Shown here: positions 13,901-22,400 of the stretch, piece after piece
Layout of the letters: each line of letters opens with the position of its first letter
How positions within the stretch are numbered: the stretch's first letter is position 1
IMG/VR virus record: IMGVR_UViG_3300030119_000590
Location: 1-64,000 of that record
DNA length: 64,000 nucleotides
Strand: one strand, 5' to 3'
DNA from: a virus
Position numbers and translations under genes: made by a program
Notes under the pieces: model-generated
Told to the model about the DNA's origin: nothing
The model's database searches: none
What the model saw: the letters and a program-made list of their open reading frames with translations, nothing else

Positions 13901-16105
13901 TTCGGAGAGTTCGATGTATCTGTTTCTGATTTAAAAGGTGATGGTGCAACTAGAATGCGTTCATTTTATGTATTGGAAAAGTCAATAACAAAACCCACTC
14001 TTGAAAACTCTGATGAAAAAATGAGATGGGATTCAACACAACTTCCAACCATAGGTGAATATAGAAACCGAAACGATTGGAGTTCGGTTGCTCAAACAAG
14101 ACTAATTGATTCGTCTACCATTGAAGTCACTGGATGCGATATTGAAGGTGCGAATGGAGTATACAAAACAACAGGTACATTCGATTTTAGCAACAACGCA
14201 TACACATATTCCAATAAAAATAATTGGATATTTGTTTGCTATACACCACGTGATGCCAATACTGCACCAAAGTGGGTATTTACGGATACATACGAAACTC
14301 CTCTGTCAGGTGTAGTGTTTGAATCCGTAACAAGGTATGTAGGAACATCAAGAACTGATTATGATTCGGTGGATTTCTTGCAAGGTGTGTATTACAAATA
14401 TTCTTTATCTAAACACGACTCGTATTTAAATCAGACACAATTCTCGGAAGACGATTTTATATCTAATACACCTGGTGCAAGAACTTCTGTTAAAAAGTTT
14501 ATTAATATAGATACAACAAAATCGTTGACTGCGAACTATAAACTTATTCTTGGTAAGTTTGAAAACCAAACTAAAACCGAGTTGACTGTAATCGAAAATT
14601 TAAATGAATTGAAAGAAAATCTTGTAGATGATAGTGTGAGAATCGAGGATATGAATTATGATACATTTGAGTATGAAATAAATTATCCTCATTCATATAC
14701 AAACATTGATACAATACCCGTTGTAACAGAACTTGATTTTGTATCTAAAAATAATATTTATAGTCAACACGAAACTGCGATTGAATTTGAGGTGACACCC
14801 ATTTCATCTAAAATCTCAAATACCTATAATGTTGCACTTCCACTTGATATATCATATGCAGAAGAAATATTTTCAAAGGATACCTTGGAAAAAACTGAGG
14901 TCAATTTTTCATTTGATGGTGACTCGTTGGTTAATTGGAACACGAACTTCTTTGGAAAAACTGAGTCTGGAGAGCTACGTATATATGAAACTGAAGTTGC
15001 ATATAGTAAACAAATAACAATATCTAACCAAACCAAAGTGAATTCTTATTCACTTTCTGTTGATGAAGTATCGTTGGAAATGAAACTTACACTTACACCT
15101 AGAAAACGAGAAGACTATGTAGTCACTAAATTACATTCTAGAACATACCTCGATGACTTTGAGTTTGGTTTTAATGCCTTTGTAAACGAAGAAGGAACTA
15201 AGATAGAAGATTCAAAACTTATAGAAGTTTCTAAAATTATTCCATTTGACTACGAAGTAAGTCGACCAACACAACTGAGTGACTTAATAAACCTTGGAAA
15301 TGTAGGTTCTTTATACAATAAAAGAATTTTTCCAATACACCGAAGTAATTTTAGAAGAAATATAATTGGTAGGGGAGTCAACGATGTAACAACAACCATG
15401 GACCTGTCTGGAAATTTAAATTCAACGTCACCCATAATTAGAACTAGGGAGTCGGCTCAACGGATAGGTGATCCGTCAGAGATACAAGATAGTTTCTGGT
15501 TCGTTGACGATGTACCTGCCGTTTCGGTGGTAAGGGTTGAACAGGAAGATACAACACCACCGACTATGTCAGATGAAAAGAAAGAAACACTTGAGTTTTC
15601 ATATTCATTTGAGAATTCAGAAGAATTAACACCCACACCAACTCCAACTCCAACACCAACTCCCACTCTAACTACACCACCCACCCCAACCCCAACCGTT
15701 GGCAATTCCGGCCAGTATATAACCCCAACTCCCACACCAACTCCCACACCAACCCCAACTCCCACACCAACCCCAACTCCCACACCAACCCCAACTCCTA
15801 TACCAGTAGGCAGTTCAGCGGCAGAAACAAACTCCCCACTTTGTATTACAGGAACAACGGCCTTTGATAACGGCACATGGGTGTTGGGTGGAGTATATTA
15901 TAGTCATCCATACTGGACTAGTCCTGACACCAATTATTATCTTTACGCAAAGACGAGAGATGCGAACCCGCAGTGGAGAATTACCAATCGTCCTCCTGGA
16001 ACCTACACATCTTATGTGGTTGACTCTATGGCCGCAGTAATATCACCAGAACTTTCTGGATGGTCAAGTGGAATAATCATAGTGGCAGGTTCGTGTGATG
16101 AGTAA
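4943..16105 (+). CDS. giant (3720 aa) virion protein: baseplate wedge gp7/P2 gpI-like core with many inserted beta-domains and a C-terminal PT linker
   Basis: Uninterrupted ORF. IWRRILNNLP..GTERSINALLRCYG resembles the tail protein I/gp7 motif; also a LamG-like segment (FKGTLNKLRMYN) and repeated modules. Confidence 0.7.
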   Translation: MANYLKYIDTESNTGDFTRAYPVESSALDLAFEKTSTKTTFGKSFKDVIEFTVYDSTGRNLLAWTIIEGLENYTTKNLYYTNYNDDTVTASVRVLDSVYPSANGNIILSPTDQLKKLNFTTGAYRIGFSFRNDIIGSTESESKLIVSEISPSRTEIKITPECLRNSTRPQDAAINFEYDNFINKRIVVSHIYHDVSSFYRDDVSFILDNTGLDFSEDFKSTFDDFEQSYEKTITTYLGVDIKSINPTHINQFISNIYSNYEKVTKLYNNVILTNYTSSFTSSDFYDEYLKCADYIISKHTKLATLSTDSVEVEFYKSAFIHFYDLDALSGIYADRFDNYFSNVINLSNNQSYPILKQTLSSQNANDAVKQQPLVLKLSEPLPFSVTVGTRFHLSNVSSSDDIIQNIIVTEEVVSTTYKLRGPNKVSLLTSSSGTKQYTSEDLTLGNEIESGISNHFNKLTSGTELSVDYSEFSNYVRFSSAKKKLDAFVYKLTQVSKLNRKKIELENEIYNLKKRIANDTIGNETGADSYTILREFDIKKTNESLSEIIDSFTEYEKFLFYTEDNFAWPRSENLVVTTNSTQKFQTVLYEGVYYEDGVYNERPLYTHQSNDWTLYWDGAEYGWVLSDAGTSKTNHWISTRPVTTTDSFITSNVFGNQTITRTTDASIEKLASSSEFSSDATPDYMPNSDNVPTERPWLSFSISYEQVIRGIKGTARSPRYIPADLKVFQKDKGYFWYLERANEAEQYDKTNDDSLGNNIPEFLVRDDSNQDFVDFLNLVGNHFDLIYTYIANMGASLKPRNNPNKGVPNELVWFIMNSLGVRFSGQDDAGDDMTSDYPTGGLSIKDRRNIIWRRILNNLPHIVNTIGTERSINALLRCYGVPDYLFKVKEYGGVKYSTSGASDESIFSFDSFDYKLNFTQDDQYISIPWHGDSYEVRTLEFETSLDDSLREENLSTEYGLLEYNISPSAIIKDQENGITSSGWIYQGILSIPPATSEVGAPGFEQDSSAPYPVDVIGPDGDMYGHLTYTGIPTNKGKLYYKPDSGPYEGESLYGEMRSNICQLNIETTDIPIVNSDRSVNLDDSSSDWELGIEIEPGRQSDGYGRFYFEFNDGIRQYCPEKKHPPICVLGAGDYNVMLVKSYKEEGKFSQYLKMYVKRASGADIVVSYSILIPATKESFEKFNSYNKVFFGNYMSSVFKGTLNKLRMYNIEIPENRFENHILFNQAYDLDDPSQMRDSLIFKANFDYPYDLSSVANPSASTDEYPTGTIPNNSFRKDAPKNIECWNFRSREFPYDFVGEGKRQFAKLPGFGAQAFSNNKIRIETQKVIAPLNPRARSTEKSGDRLAVDTNTLGVFFSPTDLINTEIIRFFGSFELGDYIGDPADLYKSEYRRYDEFKKVFYREGFGKIDWSMYLNIMKTYVDASLFENIEKVVPARTRLISGLMVEPSILERNKLKSIVVNPQVQSDFKKLSPEELESINNPHDHDGITNKASNNHKINRLQNIELSGVRSSENIASFANQQIGPNTKKGGVTLHTGETTYKRNSSANQLDSNRTFNFNYTGNFIDTSLDQYMYGISSTYGVYSEGGRMFKVENTPRELQLRLPIKYALGGDIDYGNLTDVIIKVQGFDSKLVFEFSSANGIFKSGGFLNNKLFFSNSSKTWFIYWSVIRSKWVLVNENPTYMKEEEGLLTPRKGLLWVSDIADACIGKVYTWPCRFSGSKTGGTAYYENDYITIVDSGILPQVEVLNDRIMSVNTLLAPFNSGRIFGYLDCEIYGSFTGRYKMMATINGVDVWQPKTGYFEVENHYFEKDGEKKKILIDGQFSGKLLRGSLGSISQDVKILGRVNGRDYFDCDSPWVRPASDDGSVISDINEIVNIESVEVTNNLTEFQESKAINYISKKFDSVNLVPVPNKYKNKYSSIIRYGDTESPYTDYLVRNEDIFRHGGSSKISGNYTLSVNHETKDTFTFPVLFDYQVELSATLKGNGLRNIKVLAWTDLPEQQSKYYKINLDRGLTINVDANSQTDIVLNIESAGVGYESDLFYRFNNTDGLYKREYSPYNSGEDSIDNSNVKSILDKLYAEDLGEEFIYNSINIKEHIKRILNQSSESVCYFMVNLGINNQSILFVGYLSETHIPKKLVGRSEDHLQGVVTSKVAPQPNDIVSGTRVSTDDEEIAWSILPKYGFGKLSPGGVVQLSSLTATNRVAYDYGIVGLERFDFTDRIIYSEETLSSPIDVNMENFSYSYELEILPIDNTTTRVQPDSIGNYFAVFNLEKYNSIEIENFTGQMDMLNGSYLEIGTYNGKPLYKNEKDLNDEFRVNIIDQNLSRIQHLIPDGYVGRKVNYIFWSNINRRWILLHSNNFLIDFVKEQDLYIPIESPVRHDILWIYGNTESNAQSFNTENGGDLGYHRSLVYRETVSVSSVIEADEANFDELISMEALGLDSDEAGLVYTFRDTDTIKVFGFTGASAAANGLYRELEGTMGTKPSYFNGRGWLLYWNEDSFTWIIAEYVGIKDEIQKSLSTVYQRLNLTSFFNKTSPTKWIANLSAEFDSRRNDDNVFSSEITSDVFISMGGQTLQRFFDGIGRSRQTGFAYFPSLKKKTKVKYSSDVEYFRDTIESNLDKLDVVSYNSTVVEGNSFRIVPNIRHFQRYEDDAHTQVKRLAWCMTIRRKNPKMPIPGVYTRKAGGSSVMLRWMANDYDTITVDYDPDRELIEKDALRETVPVGIYKRVNSSITGESTTTIRFKHLSNQFELKLEPATQPNESDKWTISSLSNATYSVYTRDMVGQNIETVATKIGYIRTRGELIEQRSFGKYITRDELTFPTGDNANNIFYIGKPPESTDPFDDRIPTTTEVPFQSGIGEEIATENLYIKWGHVIQDNIESNDCKDLNSYPAASYSLKENTTIKGGNTSRHDLLDLSRSYPNGIGAELVIEVSGGTGEDEAFNGIYCKRESISSKIFVNRDDTTKYIKQGEREGDPVYICSIDSAFGEFDVSVSDLKGDGATRMRSFYVLEKSITKPTLENSDEKMRWDSTQLPTIGEYRNRNDWSSVAQTRLIDSSTIEVTGCDIEGANGVYKTTGTFDFSNNAYTYSNKNNWIFVCYTPRDANTAPKWVFTDTYETPLSGVVFESVTRYVGTSRTDYDSVDFLQGVYYKYSLSKHDSYLNQTQFSEDDFISNTPGARTSVKKFINIDTTKSLTANYKLILGKFENQTKTELTVIENLNELKENLVDDSVRIEDMNYDTFEYEINYPHSYTNIDTIPVVTELDFVSKNNIYSQHETAIEFEVTPISSKISNTYNVALPLDISYAEEIFSKDTLEKTEVNFSFDGDSLVNWNTNFFGKTESGELRIYETEVAYSKQITISNQTKVNSYSLSVDEVSLEMKLTLTPRKREDYVVTKLHSRTYLDDFEFGFNAFVNEEGTKIEDSKLIEVSKIIPFDYEVSRPTQLSDLINLGNVGSLYNKRIFPIHRSNFRRNIIGRGVNDVTTTMDLSGNLNSTSPIIRTRESAQRIGDPSEIQDSFWFVDDVPAVSVVRVEQEDTTPPTMSDEKKETLEFSYSFENSEELTPTPTPTPTPTPTLTTPPTPTPTVGNSGQYITPTPTPTPTPTPTPTPTPTPTPTPTPIPVGSSAAETNSPLCITGTTAFDNGTWVLGGVYYSHPYWTSPDTNYYLYAKTRDANPQWRITNRPPGTYTSYVVDSMAAVISPELSGWSSGIIIVAGSCDE
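15628..15800 (+). repeat. Pro-Thr (ACNCCN)n coding tandem repeat, two tracts
   Basis: TPTPTPTPTPTPTLTTPPTPTPT and TPTPTP...PIP; C-rich hexamer/18-mer repeats in the DNA. Confidence 0.95.
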
Positions 16106-16125
16106 TTTAAATTAGGAGATTAAAA

Positions 16126-17082
16126 ATGACAACACGACATTCAATAAAAGATAACTCTAATAATTTACGTGATGGAATTTTATACGGAGGTAGTATAGAA
16201 ACCGGAGGGAGTGATAGAAACTATAAGGACGTAGTAAGGTTTCCAAACGATGTGGGTGAAGAATCTGAAAATACCAATTCTTACATAAAAGTTGGTGGTT
16301 CTGCAATAGAAACAAACAAAGCAACAATTTCTTGTTGGATAAATCCAGTAGGAGAGTCACAGGAATCTGCGGGAATATTAACATCAACTACGCAAGATGG
16401 AAAAATTTATGGAATGGTGTTGAAAGCAAACGGCCAACAACAAAATATTGGTTACGTATGGGGAACTACTTCAGCGGAACAGGATATAGACTTTGGTGTT
16501 TCTATTCCAATTGGTGAGTGGAGTCATGTGCTACTAGTGATATACGAATCAGGAGTATCGAGGTTGTTTGTAAATAATGTATATGTCGCGACACACGACA
16601 CAGGTTTTATCAGAAAACACGCAATACTAGACAATATAGAAATCGGTAGATTTTCTGGATTAATTGACAATGTATCTTTTTATTCGGACACACTTGATTA
16701 TGGAAATGTCCAATTAAATAGTTTAGCAACACACGAAGTATCGTATGTGTACGCACAAAACAGAGAGGAGTTTGAACCAAACGATGAAGAATCTGCGATT
16801 AAAACTCAATTGGTGGATAACTTTATAGAGCAAACAAATGGAATTAGATTTTACTATCAACAATCATCAGAATATGCGGAAGCACATACAAACTATATAA
16901 ATAACACTTTAAGTGTTATGAATACAACAGGTGGTTATCTTGAAGATGTGTTAGCAAACCAATCTTCTGAGAAACAAGACGAACAAAAATTTACAGTAAT
17001 CGGTGGACCAAATGCCAACTTAAGAAGATTTGCCGATGGAAAGTTTAGAACAATACCTGGAGAGATTGTCGAACTTCAATGA
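16126..17082 (+). CDS. LamG/concanavalin A-like domain virion protein
   Basis: ATISCWINP...GEWSHVLLV...RLFVNN...IGRFSGLIDNVSFY; AGGAG RBS. Confidence 0.8.
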   Translation: MTTRHSIKDNSNNLRDGILYGGSIETGGSDRNYKDVVRFPNDVGEESENTNSYIKVGGSAIETNKATISCWINPVGESQESAGILTSTTQDGKIYGMVLKANGQQQNIGYVWGTTSAEQDIDFGVSIPIGEWSHVLLVIYESGVSRLFVNNVYVATHDTGFIRKHAILDNIEIGRFSGLIDNVSFYSDTLDYGNVQLNSLATHEVSYVYAQNREEFEPNDEESAIKTQLVDNFIEQTNGIRFYYQQSSEYAEAHTNYINNTLSVMNTTGGYLEDVLANQSSEKQDEQKFTVIGGPNANLRRFADGKFRTIPGEIVELQ

Positions 17083-17157
17083 TTTTGTTAAAAAAAAAGA
17101 TATATAAATATTTATGTATATGAAACAAGGGTTATTTAATATATATATTGAAGTGCT

Positions 17158-17886
17158 ATGGGATATCTAAATAATGAAACTATAACGGTCGAGGCAGTTT
17201 TAACTCGCAGAGGAAGAGAATTGCTTGCGTCCGAGAACGGACTGAATATTACTAGTTTTGCTCTGGCAGACGATGAAATTGATTATACTTTGTATGATCC
17301 AAACCATCCAGATGGGTCGCAATACTACGATGCAGCTCTTCGCAGTATGCCCATATTTGAACCTCTTACAGACGAAACACAATCTTTAAAATATAAATTG
17401 GTTACACTTCCATCTGGTACACAAAAAATTCCTGTTATTGAACTTGGACAACAAGATATTCTGTTGAGTAAAAACTATCAAGGTGTGGTTACAATATCTC
17501 CTACAACTGATCCTGTTTACAATACCACTCTTGGATACACTGCGGTTTTATCAAATAATGCAGTAGGAACACTCGAAGGCCAAGGTGTCAACGCAAGTGC
17601 ATCTGCATCTGCATCGTTATTTCTTGGTGATACATCAAGTGAAAAAGCAATAACAGCTGTTGGTTTGACATTTACATTTCGTCCAAACGCATCAATAACA
17701 AAAGATGAAACTGCACAACTTACTATTATCGGAAATGAAAGTGGTGGTTCACGTACAATTCCTGTGAGAGTATATTTAGGTGAACAACCAGAAGTAGCAG
17801 TAACAAATGCAATTACCAATGTTACCAGTGTTAGCAGCGTTAGCAGTGGTAGTGGAAGTGTTAGTAGTAGTGGAACGGCATATTAA
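17158..17886 (+). CDS. conserved virion/baseplate protein
   Basis: MGYLNNETITVEAVLTRRGRELLA...ITSFALADDEIDY resembles the start of tail-fibre attachment (DUF3751-like) domains; Ser-rich C-terminus. Confidence 0.65.
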   Translation: MGYLNNETITVEAVLTRRGRELLASENGLNITSFALADDEIDYTLYDPNHPDGSQYYDAALRSMPIFEPLTDETQSLKYKLVTLPSGTQKIPVIELGQQDILLSKNYQGVVTISPTTDPVYNTTLGYTAVLSNNAVGTLEGQGVNASASASASLFLGDTSSEKAITAVGLTFTFRPNASITKDETAQLTIIGNESGGSRTIPVRVYLGEQPEVAVTNAITNVTSVSSVSSGSGSVSSSGTAY

Positions 17887-17892
17887 TATAAA

Positions 17893-19398
17893 ATGATATA
17901 TAAAGAAATAGAAGATGCCGATAAGGTGTTTGGTAGAACAATAAAAGTTTCAACAGGAAGTTTTTCTGATGGATTCCATTTGGATCAGTTTCATGTGGAT
18001 GAATCTAGTGGAGGTGAACTTGACACACCTCTATCAAGATATGTAGTTAACTCATCGGCAACAGAGTTAGAAGTTCTTGAAAGTATGTCGGCTGCACAAC
18101 TTGAAGACGGAGAACACGTAATACAAAAAAGTTTAGACCTTGCTTCGTACGATAATTACTATGATGAATCGGCGCAAAATTCAGATAGTACTCTTAATAT
18201 AGTCGCAACCAACAACTACCACGAAGAAAAATGGACAGATGTCTCATACGGAGATTATTATGCGAATGTTTATGATAATCCAGTTTCAGTTGGTGGTGTT
18301 TCAAATGAAAACGCAAGGACTCAAATGACAATTACATATGGCCATGCATTGGGGTATGGTTCTCGTATTGCTGGTAGTGGAGTAAAAGCAGTTAATGTTA
18401 CTAAAGCAATTTACAATCAATATAGAAACATTTTGTTAGGACCTGGTGATTCACGTTTTACTTTTCAAAAAAGTGGAAACTTATCTGGTGTAGATAAAGA
18501 CCACATTTATGTAATTAACTTTTCATCAACTGCAATGCGTGAGAAACTTGACGAAGGTAATTTGGAGTTTACATTAAGTTTGTCGCAAGGAATTAAATCT
18601 AAAAATGGTGGACTTGATGCGAATATTTCAGCAACACTAACTCTTAGAGATGATAGTAGGTTTGAGGCACAAATACTTCAACAAAGTGGTATGACCAAAG
18701 TAGGTAGAGTTTTTAATATAGTAAAGGGAACAATTGCTGATACAGAACTTTCAGATTCACAAAGATATGCCAATAAACAAAACACAGATAATGTTGGTGT
18801 TGGTGAGGGGTTTGGTTTAGTTTATCCTGACCTTGGTATAATCGTATTAAATCCTGATGCTATTTCTAACGAACTTGGGGGCAACCTACAAGAACAAATT
18901 GATGCTTTGTCAGAAGATGAGTATGTAAAAAATGTTAATAATGTGGGAAAAATGTTGTCATGGAGTGGTGTAATAAATCCAAACTCTTTACAAAGTGGAG
19001 ATTTAGTAAACGGAACAGAAAGAAATCACCAAAACTTTTTGAAATTATTTACGGCATTAAAACAAGGTGGAAACTTTAAGTGTAGAAGTTCTGAGTTTAT
19101 TCCATCCAAGCATTATTTTATTAGAGTTAGAAATACCGACTTCAATTATAGTAATAACCCAACATTCGTATATCAAAACCAAGAGGCAATGATTAAAGCA
19201 GCTCAGACTAATACTGATAAAAATTATTGGTTAGGCCGTGTTCGTTTTGATGAATTTGTAAACGACTCAAAGACTTACATCACTACAGTAGGTTTATATA
19301 ATGAGAATAATGAACTAGTAGCAGTGGCAAAACTTAGTGTGCCTGTTTTAAAGAGTTTTGATACAGAGACACTGATTAAGGTAAAACTTGATTTTTAA
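17893..19398 (+). CDS. conserved virion/baseplate protein
   Basis: C-terminal FNYSNNPT...YITTVGLYNENNELVAVAKLSVPVLK, paralogous to the C-terminus of the next gene. Confidence 0.65.
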   Translation: MIYKEIEDADKVFGRTIKVSTGSFSDGFHLDQFHVDESSGGELDTPLSRYVVNSSATELEVLESMSAAQLEDGEHVIQKSLDLASYDNYYDESAQNSDSTLNIVATNNYHEEKWTDVSYGDYYANVYDNPVSVGGVSNENARTQMTITYGHALGYGSRIAGSGVKAVNVTKAIYNQYRNILLGPGDSRFTFQKSGNLSGVDKDHIYVINFSSTAMREKLDEGNLEFTLSLSQGIKSKNGGLDANISATLTLRDDSRFEAQILQQSGMTKVGRVFNIVKGTIADTELSDSQRYANKQNTDNVGVGEGFGLVYPDLGIIVLNPDAISNELGGNLQEQIDALSEDEYVKNVNNVGKMLSWSGVINPNSLQSGDLVNGTERNHQNFLKLFTALKQGGNFKCRSSEFIPSKHYFIRVRNTDFNYSNNPTFVYQNQEAMIKAAQTNTDKNYWLGRVRFDEFVNDSKTYITTVGLYNENNELVAVAKLSVPVLKSFDTETLIKVKLDF

Positions 19399-19418
19399 TA
19401 AATATTTTGGATAAAATA

Positions 19419-19426
19419 TATTTATA
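19419..19426 (+). promoter_or_regulatory. representative of the recurrent (A)TATTTAT(A) putative late-promoter motif
   Basis: Also at about 19, 17108, 25908, 32145, 38469, 40941, 42551, 43203, 43221, 45183, 45195, 50528, 53508, 56998, 59867, 60610, 60660, 61263 and 62904, each just upstream of a gene. Confidence 0.7.
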
Positions 19427-19429
19427 TCC

Positions 19430-22400
19430 ATGATAAAGCCGTTGAAAGTTTCTGACAAATCGGTTAGGAGGTTTAAAACACACAAGTTGTGGTCGTATGA
19501 TAATATTACATCAGTTGATGATATATTACTTGAACAAGAAAACTTGGACGGACCTTTGTCATTATTCTTAGATGAAAGTACGGTGTTATCACCTGAACAA
19601 ACAAGTTCATCCACCAAATTAAAAGTAACACGTGGAAAACGATATGAACCAACAGATACTTTTTATCCCGTTGGGCATAGCTTACACGATCAAACAAAAG
19701 AACTTATAAATGGTGATGGATCGTATCAACGTGTGGTGTACAATTCAATTAAGCATTTGTTTTACAATGAGTATGGTGTTAGTACATCATTAAGTTCCAC
19801 AGGAACTAATGTAAAAAACCCATTGATGGTATTTGGTTCAGAGACAGGTAACTATATGATGAATACCCGTGCGGAAAATACCATATTTAGCACAAATAAT
19901 AACGTAGACTACGAACGACGTTCGTTGCAAGATGATATCATCGTAGTTCAGTTTGATTCATCTCAAATGGGTGAAAAAATAAAACCTGGAGACTTTAGAA
20001 TACGAGATTATAGTTCACCTTATGGAGTTCTTGAAGTTGTCGATGACGGTGCAACAAATTTAGTGATTAGCACATCGTCTTTTAATGAAATTAAGGAAGT
20101 GAGTGGTTCTTCGTTGACCGATGTAAAATCAATTAACTCTGATAGTCCAATATTTAATTTTAATGATCTTACGTTTGGATATAAAATATCTTCCGCAGGA
20201 AAATACTTTATATCGGGTCAACCGGTTATGTCAGATGCTCCAACGGAAGTAAATTCTGGTCGTGCGGTTTTGTATAAATTAAATGAAGAAACTCAGGAAT
20301 TTCAAATACTTCGTGAATTTTTTAATCCGTTTACTCAAAATGGACTTTCAACAGAAATACAAAATGATAATACCGGATTTTTGATGACAGAACTTGAAGG
20401 TATGTTGATAAACGAAGATTATTCTATAAACGATAATTTTGGTGATGCGGTTGAATTAAAGCACAATTGTTGTGTAGTTGGTTCGTCTCAATCTCATATA
20501 AGAGGTGTATGTAGTGAACTTGGAAAAACTGGTCATATATTTGTTTACGATAGAGATAAAGGTGGTGCAGACCATTGGGGTCTTGTTAATATAATTGAAG
20601 GAGAACCTGGAACTGAATTTGGTGCATCGGTATCTATAAAAGGAAAACATATGGTTGTAGGTGCACCTGGATATAACAACTCGGAGGGTGCTATATATCT
20701 TTTTGAGAAATCAGTTAGAACTGAATCACATCCGTGGAAAAGAATTTCAAACTCTTTTGATGATTATGATTGGGATGAAGAGCAAGGTGTATATGTAGGA
20801 AAACCAACTGGTGAAAAACTTGAAAGAAATAATAAATCAGTTTCTAGGTATAACATTAAGAGTTTAGTTCCCAATGCTGATAAGTTAACTCACTTTTATA
20901 TAGATTCAAGTAAGTTTCTCACGAATTTATGCACAGAGGCAAACTTAAACCAATACACAATTTCTGTGGGAAGTTCCACAAACGACCAAACAAATGGAAT
21001 TAGTGCTTCGGGTTGGAAGATGTCAGGTATTTTATCAGCATCTGGTTCAGACTCATCTGAGTCATCACTTCCGTATCCTGTTGATGTTTATGATTCTTCA
21101 GATAATTTAATTGGCAACATTATATATACTGGAAAACCAAAGGTTATGAGTTTGTACTTTTCATTTGGTGAAGATAACTTAAATTGTATAAGTGGAACGA
21201 TTCAAGGAAACTCATGTAGAATGACAGGTGGGTTGTTACAAGAACAATGTTCAGAACCAGGATTTACAGAATATAGAGTATCTTTGTCGGAGAGTGTCAG
21301 TGATCAACTAAATGGAGTAACTTCTTCTACATGGATGAAACCTGGAATATTGTCGGTGTCAGGTTCTGACACATCAACTTCGTCTGAACCATATGCAGTG
21401 GATGTATACGACTCTTCTAATTCCTTGATAGGACATATTACATATACTGGTAAACCAAAATCAATGAACTTGTATTTTAGAACATCTGATATGGATGCTT
21501 CTTGCGTTTATGGTAAGATTGAAGGAAATATCTGTATACTACCAACAGAGTTAGTTATATCCGGAACAACATCTGGTATCTGTACAGAGGACGGATATAC
21601 GGAATATGAGGTTTCACCCCAAGAGGGAATTACAGACCAAGAAGCAGGTATAATTTCATCTACATGGACTCGTCTTGGTATTTTATCATTACCAAGCACA
21701 AAGGACACTTCTCAACCCACACCAAATCCAGTGGATGTGCTTTATCAAGATGAATTATTAGGACACATTACGTTCACAGGTACTCCTGCAAGTGACAGAA
21801 TATATTTCACAGAGGGTGCAATATGTCTGTCTGGTAAAATAATAAAAGGCGAGTGCATATTGTCAGAACACCAACCATTAATAGGAAAGAAAATATCAGG
21901 TGATTTGATTGATTATTCTGTTTCAACCGAACTTGGTGTGAATGACAACATCAATGGAATTATATCTTCTGAGTGGCTATATTCTGGAATATTATCACTA
22001 CCTTACGCAGATTCTACAAATTCAAGCACACCTTATTTCATAGATGTATATGATATAGATGGTTTGTTTGTAGGACATATAACATATACAGGATTACCAG
22101 TTAGTTCTAATATATACTTTACTGACCAAGAAGGTTTTGTATTTGTGGGTACAATCGTAGGTGGTAAATGTGAATTCAAATATTTAAATGAACCACCTGA
22201 ACAACCTACTCTTGAACAACTTGAGTGTACAGAGGATGGCTTTAACACTTACAATGTTTCATCGGAGCAGATAGTAGACGATAGTGAGTGGGGAGTAAAA
22301 ACATCAACATGGGCATATACAGGTACTTTATCAATATCACACGCAGATACAAAATATGGTACTCAGTCTTATACAGTAGATGTTATTGATCAACGAAATA

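Noticed and set aside
15800-16105. Diversity-generating retroelement variable region at the end of the giant protein
   Set aside because: No template repeat or reverse transcriptase is visible in the window.
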